DNA from: Pseudomonadota bacterium | GTDB lineage: Bacteria; Babelota; Babeliae; Babelales; CAIQNR01 | Reading direction: 5' to 3' | DNA length: 64,000 bases | Assembly: GCA_027487215.1 (NCBI GenBank) | Contig: JAIYDZ010000007.1 | Location: forward strand, 66,961-130,960 | In this document: in pieces, positions 58,594 through 64,000 of the stretch | How positions within the stretch are numbered: the first letter of the stretch is position 1 | Layout of the letters: each line of letters opens with the position of its first letter | The notes under the pieces: generated by a model | Told to the model about the DNA's origin: nothing | What the model saw: the letters and a program-made list of their open reading frames with translations, nothing else | Databases searched by the model: none | Program-made: the position numbers and the translations under genes

Positions 58594-59754
58594 ATGAAGC
58601 AGTCAACCTTACACTCATGGGACCTGAACGGAAAACGCGTTATTGTAAGAGCTGATCTTAACGTTGCACGAAATAAAGAAGGCGCACTTCTTGATGATTT
58701 CAGACTTGAAGCAGTGTGCCCTACCTTGTCTTTAATCGTAAAAAAAGGCGGAACTGTTACTCTGTTAGGCCATTCTGGCAGGCCCACCCAAAAAATCTCT
58801 ACCCTCTCACTTCTGCCCATCTGTGAATGGTTTGAAAAAAAAGGTTTCTCAGTAGCATTTGCTCCAGATATAAAAACAGCCCAACATCTCTGTGCTAAAA
58901 ATACAGTTCAAATTGTAGTCCTTGAAAATATTCGTTTTTTCCCTGAAGAAAACGCCTGCAATCTTGAGTTTGCACAACAACTTGCACGCTTAGGAACCTA
59001 TTTTGTACAAGATGCTTTTGGTTCACTTCATCGTGCAAGCGCTTCAATAAGTATTCTTCATTCTCTTTTTCCTTCTTCCCGTAAAACTATCGGCCTTCTG
59101 GTTGAACAAGAATTAAAAACTCTTTCAACGATTATTAACAATCCGCAAAAACCATTTACTTTAATCATTGGTGGTGGCAAACCTGAAACTAAAATTCCTT
59201 TAATTCGTGCATTACTTGACCATCTATCAACGATTTTGCTCTGTCCGGCTTTGGTGTTTACTTTTTTAAAAGCGGTTGGTATTGAAACAGGATCATCTTT
59301 TGTTGATGATGCACAATGTGATAATGCTCTTGCCATTATTAACGAAGCAAAAAAAAGAGAAATTACCTTAGTAACTCCTCTTGATTATGTAGTAACGACA
59401 GGAACTCTGACAAAGCCGTTTCCTCTTTTGACTACCCGCAACATAAATACAAATCAAACAGGCATTTCAGTCGGACCAGAAACCATTGCACTGTTTAAAA
59501 AACATCTGGGCCTTGCTCGTACCATACTTTTTAATGGGGCGCCTGGCCTTAAAGAACATCCAGAAACCCTTGAAGCCTCTCGCTGTATTTTCCAAGTATT
59601 ACAACTGAGCAGTGCTCATAAAATCATTGGTGGTGGAGATACAGTGGCACTTGCTCGTTATTTTAAATACAACGACCCAACAGGATTTCTTTCAACTGGT
59701 GGTGGTTCCACCCTTGCCTACCTGAGTGGGCAGCGATTGCCCGGATTGTGGTAA
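58594..59754 (+). CDS. pgk: phosphoglycerate kinase
   Basis: LNGKRVIVRADLNV, LLGHSGRP, ENIRFFPEE and a C-terminal GGGDT...STGGGSTLAYL. Confidence 0.9.
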   Translation: MKQSTLHSWDLNGKRVIVRADLNVARNKEGALLDDFRLEAVCPTLSLIVKKGGTVTLLGHSGRPTQKISTLSLLPICEWFEKKGFSVAFAPDIKTAQHLCAKNTVQIVVLENIRFFPEENACNLEFAQQLARLGTYFVQDAFGSLHRASASISILHSLFPSSRKTIGLLVEQELKTLSTIINNPQKPFTLIIGGGKPETKIPLIRALLDHLSTILLCPALVFTFLKAVGIETGSSFVDDAQCDNALAIINEAKKREITLVTPLDYVVTTGTLTKPFPLLTTRNINTNQTGISVGPETIALFKKHLGLARTILFNGAPGLKEHPETLEASRCIFQVLQLSSAHKIIGGGDTVALARYFKYNDPTGFLSTGGGSTLAYLSGQRLPGLW

Positions 59755-59907
59755 AAGAGGTTCTTTTAAAGGTGGTGTATAAAGAGCGGCATAACGCTTT
59801 CGTTTAAGCATTGCAACACGCGCCTGACGGCGAGCTTTGTTTATTCGATAGTCCATAAACCGATCTACACATAAAAACAATGCTACAAACATTAACGCCC
59901 TTTTCAT
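59692..59907 (-). CDS. possible small secreted/membrane protein (71 aa)
   Basis: ATG 59907 lies 4 nt after GGAGAG. MKRALMFVALFLCV hydrophobic start followed by a basic stretch. The 3' 63 nt overlap the pgk 3' end convergently, so the call is uncertain. Confidence 0.3.
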   Translation of the reverse strand: MKRALMFVALFLCVDRFMDYRINKARRQARVAMLKRKRYAALYTPPLKEPLLPQSGQSLPTQVGKGGTTTS

Positions 59908-60139
59908 GCTACTCTCCAAATGCGTGTTTTGTTTTAAAACACTATAACACTCCTGGATAGTATTCTACTTGTAAAATAATACTAATTGCAATATTAACAC
60001 AGTATTTTTTACAAACTGATATTCTGTACAGATGGTATAGAACGCTGTTTTATTGCAAAAAAGGAATAAATGACTATCATAGTGCTCAAATACTACTTTT
60101 TGCATCAATACGACTCTATAATCAATCGATTGAAAATAT

Positions 60140-60580
60140 ATGAAAAGACTATTATTTTTGAGTTTATTAGGACTTTCTTTAAGCACACTTATTAAAGGTG
60201 CAATTCCCGCTGAAGAATGTAAAAATCCAGAAATGACTGCAAAAGTTAAAAGCGCTCACTACACAGAAAAATCAATAATAGCGGCACTCAAATACGCAAC
60301 TATTGTCTGTCACACTGATAAAACCTACCACTCAGAATTTCAAGAATTAGTTGATTATGAAAAATGCGCTCTTGTAAAACAATTTTTAATGACTGCGCTC
60401 CTCTCACTTACTCCTGACGTCAATTCAAAAACTGATATTCCAAAAGCACTTGCTGAAATAAGTGAAGAACACAGTTTTATAGTACGAAATTTTAAAATTT
60501 GGGATTTAGTAGAGAAACTACGACAACTTGAATCTCTTGAAAACGAATTAGAAGACCTTATTCCTGGTCTTAAGCCATAA
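60140..60580 (+). CDS. secreted hypothetical protein
   Basis: Signal peptide MKRLLFLSLLGLSLSTLIKG. Helical, with no motif and no clear RBS. Confidence 0.5.
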   Translation: MKRLLFLSLLGLSLSTLIKGAIPAEECKNPEMTAKVKSAHYTEKSIIAALKYATIVCHTDKTYHSEFQELVDYEKCALVKQFLMTALLSLTPDVNSKTDIPKALAEISEEHSFIVRNFKIWDLVEKLRQLESLENELEDLIPGLKP

Positions 60581-60672
60581 AAATGTCCGGTATTTAAAAC
60601 ACAACAGTCGCCTCAATCTCTGCCAAATTGCAGACCGGGGCGATTGTGTTTTTAGAAATATAAAAAGTTAGC

Positions 60673-61206
60673 TTAAAAAACCGGACAGAATCCAAAAAGA
60701 TAAAGACTATCTTTAAGAAATTCATCAACCACTTCACGATCCTGTTCGTCTGAAAGCTCAAAAATTAACAGTCCATGATTGTCATGTTTCATTTTCCATA
60801 CATGGTGATCGGGTTTTTCAAGACCAAGCTCTTTTGAAAGTTTTTCAGCAAGCTCGTCAATTTTATGATTATTTCTCTGCACACTGGCATTCTCAAATGC
60901 ACGAACTGTTTTGTTAAATGAAGCGGTTTGCATATGATTATCAAATGTTTTATTATCATCCCAATGGTTTTGATCAGGATAAGCTTCAGTACGAGAATAG
61001 CCTGCGACGCCTTTGAGTTTGTCAAAGTCAGGATTGTCCACAAAATATGCGGCTTTGCTTAGATTAAAACATTCTGGAGCAGCCAAATGATGTAACACAT
61101 ATTCAGTCAGGTTATGACTGCCATGTTTATTAATCATCTGTTTGGGAATGTTACAGATACAACGAGAAAGTTCACTCTTGCGTTGCTCTTTATTCTTTTT
61201 ACTCAT
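60673..61206 (-). CDS. hypothetical cytoplasmic protein
   Basis: Strong RBS GGGAG. 177 aa, His/Asp/Asn-rich, with no recognisable motif. Confidence 0.55.
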   Translation of the reverse strand: MSKKNKEQRKSELSRCICNIPKQMINKHGSHNLTEYVLHHLAAPECFNLSKAAYFVDNPDFDKLKGVAGYSRTEAYPDQNHWDDNKTFDNHMQTASFNKTVRAFENASVQRNNHKIDELAEKLSKELGLEKPDHHVWKMKHDNHGLLIFELSDEQDREVVDEFLKDSLYLFGFCPVF

Positions 61207-61395
61207 CGTTCACTCCCTTCTTAGCATGGTAGTGTGTTGATAAGTGATTGATACAAGCACACTGTTTAGCACTCTTTTCACTAAAGATGGTATCTGTTTA
61301 AAAGCTTAAAATGCAAGAGATTATTTACTTATAATCCTATTTTATATATTACTAAGAAAGTTAATTAAGCCCTTAGTACATAACATTTTCAGGGG

Positions 61396-62454
61396 ATGTA
61401 CGTGCAAAATATAATGTTATTGTTGAGCTTTATGATGATGCTCAATCCGTTGCTGATAAATGCCCGTAGTGCCTTACGCAAAAGAGATCCGCTGTGCCCT
61501 TCTATTACTACTCGATGGGCAGGCCAAAACTCTAAAACTTATTTTTTGCGTGATTCAAACCTTGAAATAACACCAATTTTTCATTTGTATGACCAAGTAT
61601 TTTTTGAAGAGAACCTTCTTCCACCAGGGCAAATTTCATTCAGACACGATACACAGCATTCAGTAAGCGGAAAAGAACTTTCTGGTATGATTGAAAATCT
61701 ACTACAGGAAGTCTATCGAGGGAAAAAAACCTATACTAATTTTGAAGTTCTTAAAAATCGTGATTTCAACGTCAGTAAACAAGCCGGACTTCTTGTGGTA
61801 CGCTGTAAAAAATACCCCTTTGTCGTAAAACTGTTTATGGAAACTCCTCGTAGTTTTATACGCCCGTATAATAAAGGCTTTGAACCAGCATGCTTCTTTA
61901 TTATCGGAGGCGGTGCCACACGCCATTTTATTGGATTTACCCGTGTAAAAAATCTTCATGCTATTCAAAAACGCATCAAAAAAAGTCCTTATTGGTCTGA
62001 GCGTGTAGACACACCTCGCAAATGGTTCTGGCAGCCTGAAAAACCAAAAACCTTGGAAATAACAGGCTATAATATTGGTGGTTATGAAAAACTCACCGTA
62101 AACGTTCCTGGTGTCTATGCAATTGTAACTGACGAAGTAAAATTCGAACGAGATTTTTCTATTTTTAGTGCAGAAGATAGAGCAATAGCAATTGATCTGT
62201 GTAACTACCTCCTTTGTCGCATTGATCCACACATTACAAACTTCTTAATTGAAAAAGATACCAAAAAAATTGCAATCATCGATACTGAACATTTTCCTTC
62301 TTTGGTAGGGTTCAAGAAACGACCTCGTATTACCAGTTATACCTCCTGGTACCTCCATCTGTTTTTTAAATTCATTAAAGATCGTTTCTGTAGAACCAAA
62401 AAGGACAGGCGCAATTTGCAACTGCATCCAACTCCACCGTTCTCTATGCCTTAA
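61396..62454 (+). CDS. hypothetical protein with signal-like N-terminus and protein-kinase-like motif order
   Basis: Hydrophobic N-terminus MLLLSFMMMLNPLLINA. PFVVKLF (Lys145), RIDPHITNFLI (Asp277 x4 Asn282, nt 62224-62241) and AIIDTEHF (Asp296, nt 62281-62283). Start ambiguous (61396, 61402 or 61414). Confidence 0.55.
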   Translation: MYVQNIMLLLSFMMMLNPLLINARSALRKRDPLCPSITTRWAGQNSKTYFLRDSNLEITPIFHLYDQVFFEENLLPPGQISFRHDTQHSVSGKELSGMIENLLQEVYRGKKTYTNFEVLKNRDFNVSKQAGLLVVRCKKYPFVVKLFMETPRSFIRPYNKGFEPACFFIIGGGATRHFIGFTRVKNLHAIQKRIKKSPYWSERVDTPRKWFWQPEKPKTLEITGYNIGGYEKLTVNVPGVYAIVTDEVKFERDFSIFSAEDRAIAIDLCNYLLCRIDPHITNFLIEKDTKKIAIIDTEHFPSLVGFKKRPRITSYTSWYLHLFFKFIKDRFCRTKKDRRNLQLHPTPPFSMP

Positions 62455-62977
62455 CTTCTTTAGCACCAAACAAGCGGTCTTTTACGCCTGCAAGTTTGCT
62501 GCCCATAGATTTAGCATATGATTTTGTGGTGTCCCACCAGGTTGATGATTGATTATTTTGAGAATCACGATACTGAATAAGCACTGCATAACGATTTAAA
62601 AAAAGACGTACTTTTTTAGTATCAGAACCTGTATCTTCAAGATCCAATACAAACGGCTCGATTTGCTTATACCAATCAGGATGAGATTTTTCAAGATGAG
62701 GCAATGCTGCTGAACGAAGCTTGCGGAGTCGTGAATGTTTTGATTGGCGACGAGTGCGGGCCTGTTTTTCAAGAAACTTACTATAGTATCCACGAAACTC
62801 AATTTTTTCATCCTCATTGTCTGCACAACGCTCAAGAAACTGATCCAGAGAGTCATCAAATACTGAACGGGAAATTTCTGATACTCCAGAAACTTGAAAT
62901 GGAAGATTTTTTGAAATAAGAAAAGTTGGAATTCCAGCTATTAAAAAAGTTGTGAGAAAGAAAATATGATTTTTCAC
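62444..62977 (-). CDS. secreted hypothetical protein immediately downstream of dnaA
   Basis: GTG 62977 lies 9 nt after AGGAG. Signal peptide MKNHIFFLTTFLIAGIPTFLIS. No motif. Confidence 0.5.
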   Translation of the reverse strand: MKNHIFFLTTFLIAGIPTFLISKNLPFQVSGVSEISRSVFDDSLDQFLERCADNEDEKIEFRGYYSKFLEKQARTRRQSKHSRLRKLRSAALPHLEKSHPDWYKQIEPFVLDLEDTGSDTKKVRLFLNRYAVLIQYRDSQNNQSSTWWDTTKSYAKSMGSKLAGVKDRLFGAKEVKA

Positions 62978-62992
62978 GGTAAGCGCTCCTTC

Positions 62993-64000
62993 TTAACGTG
63001 AAATAGCCTCCTCAAGAGATTGGACCGCACTTTTGAGGGCAGGATCGCACTCTAACCCTTTTTGTACTTTATCAAATGCATGAATCACTGTTGAATGGTC
63101 TCTTCTTCCTAAGAACGTACCTATCTCACGTAACGATTTATCAGTCATCTTCTTCATAAGATACATAGCAACCTGACGCGCTAAAGACAACTCTTTTGCC
63201 CTATTATTAGAACGAAGGTCAGTCAATCGGTAAGAATAATGCTCACAGACCACCTCTGCAATTTTGGTAAAATCAATTTTATGAGTTTTGCGTTCAACCT
63301 TTTGACCACCCAAAACACGATGGGCTAATTCAAGAGTAATCGGTTGTTTTGTTAAAGACGCAAATGCAAGCACTCTTACTAACGATCCTTCAAGCTCTCT
63401 CACATTTGATTCTGCATACTGAGCAATATATTCAGCAAGCGCATCATCAATCATTTCACCATGAACTGCCGCCTTCTTTTTTAAAATCGCTATTTTAGTT
63501 TCAAGCGGTGGTTTGTGAATATCTGTTACCAAACCCCACTCAAGACGCGATCGTAACCGTTCAGCAAGCCCCGTAATATGCCGAGGAAAAATATCACTCG
63601 AAAACACAATCTGTTTATGTGCCTCATGAAGCGTATTAAAGATATGGAAAAACGCTTCCTGCGTCTGTTCTTTATTAGAAATAAACTGAATGTCATCAAT
63701 GAGTAAAACATCTAATTCACGATACTTCTGTTGAAATTCATGAAATTTATTAAATCGAATCCCATTAATAAACTCATTCACAAATCGATCAGCGGTTTGA
63801 TAGAGAACCACACATTTTGGATGCTTTTCCAGCAACGCATTACCTATTGCGTGCAAGAGATGTGTTTTACCAAGCCCTGAGCCGCCGTAAATAAAAAGTG
63901 GGTTATAAAGGCGTCCTGGTTCGTCTGCGACCGCACGAGCTGCTGCATAGGCAAGCGAGTTGCTTGGCCCTACTACAAACGAGTCAAATTTATAGGTTGG
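62993..64000 (-). CDS. dnaA: chromosomal replication initiator DnaA (C-terminal ~336 codons; 5' end beyond window)
   Basis: The frame stays open to nt 64000. LFIYGGSGLGKTHLLHAIGN (Walker A spans 63857), LLIDDIQF (Walker B), box VII/VIII and the domain IV helix-turn-helix ARQVAMYLMKKMTDKSLREIGTFLGRRDHSTVIHA. Confidence 0.95.
   Translation of the reverse strand, partial: PTYKFDSFVVGPSNSLAYAAARAVADEPGRLYNPLFIYGGSGLGKTHLLHAIGNALLEKHPKCVVLYQTADRFVNEFINGIRFNKFHEFQQKYRELDVLLIDDIQFISNKEQTQEAFFHIFNTLHEAHKQIVFSSDIFPRHITGLAERLRSRLEWGLVTDIHKPPLETKIAILKKKAAVHGEMIDDALAEYIAQYAESNVRELEGSLVRVLAFASLTKQPITLELAHRVLGGQKVERKTHKIDFTKIAEVVCEHYSYRLTDLRSNNRAKELSLARQVAMYLMKKMTDKSLREIGTFLGRRDHSTVIHAFDKVQKGLECDPALKSAVQSLEEAISR

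Noticed and set aside
61702-62232. 176-aa minus-strand ORF nested in the kinase-like gene.
   Set aside because: It is Cys/Phe-rich with no RBS or signal. The plus-strand frame is twice as long and carries ordered motifs.
1-64000. Looked for tRNA (GTTCGAATC-type T-arms), rRNA, RNase P (GAGGAAAGTCC), tmRNA, SRP RNA, CRISPR repeat arrays, IS elements or transposases, and phage genes.
   Set aside because: None recognised by eye in any spacer. The only recombinase is a housekeeping-type Xer. A computational scan (tRNAscan-SE, Infernal, CRISPR finders) is still needed to be sure.

Overview
AT-rich, gene-dense bacterial chromosomal window using the standard genetic code, with short spacers and several clear stem-loop plus T-run terminators. 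I support about 57 protein genes and recognised no rRNA, tRNA, CRISPR array, transposase or prophage by eye.

Housekeeping backbone, left to right: carD, miaA, a SPOR protein, a PpiD-like chaperone, recA, infC-rpmI-rplT, zapB-like/zapA, rny, two EamA transporters, a MazG-like NTP pyrophosphohydrolase, archaeal/eukaryote-type proS, a Xer recombinase, dnaN-recF, ruvC, dnaB, rplI, lnt, ileS, murD, ftsW, pepA, rpiB, lolC/E-type permease and pgk. The 3' two-thirds of dnaA runs off the right edge.

Lnt, LolC/E, a lipobox protein and a beta-barrel protein ending in Phe indicate a diderm envelope. Lineage-specific, mostly Sec-signal-bearing orphan genes are interspersed:
- two secreted ankyrin-repeat proteins, one wedged between murD and ftsW
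- delta-60-repeat propeller proteins flanking an outer-membrane barrel
- C11 and S8 peptidases
- a 2.3-kaa giant protein
- a possible secreted kinase-like protein

This mix fits a reduced, host-associated diderm such as a Dependentiae/TM6-like organism. That placement is inference only.

The best candidate for something undescribed is the 42.4-56.2 kb locus. It holds the giant secreted coiled-coil protein, a membrane-anchored thioredoxin-reductase/thioredoxin fusion, a divergently transcribed 1142-aa FtsH-derived AAA+ protein and two tandem secreted paralogs. The FtsH-derived protein has intact Walker motifs but an ablated HExxH site, a changed pore loop and a ~590-aa N-terminal extension.

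All calls come from reading the ORF track and the DNA. No searches were run. Several start codons were moved from the track value to an in-frame start with a visible Shine-Dalgarno sequence.
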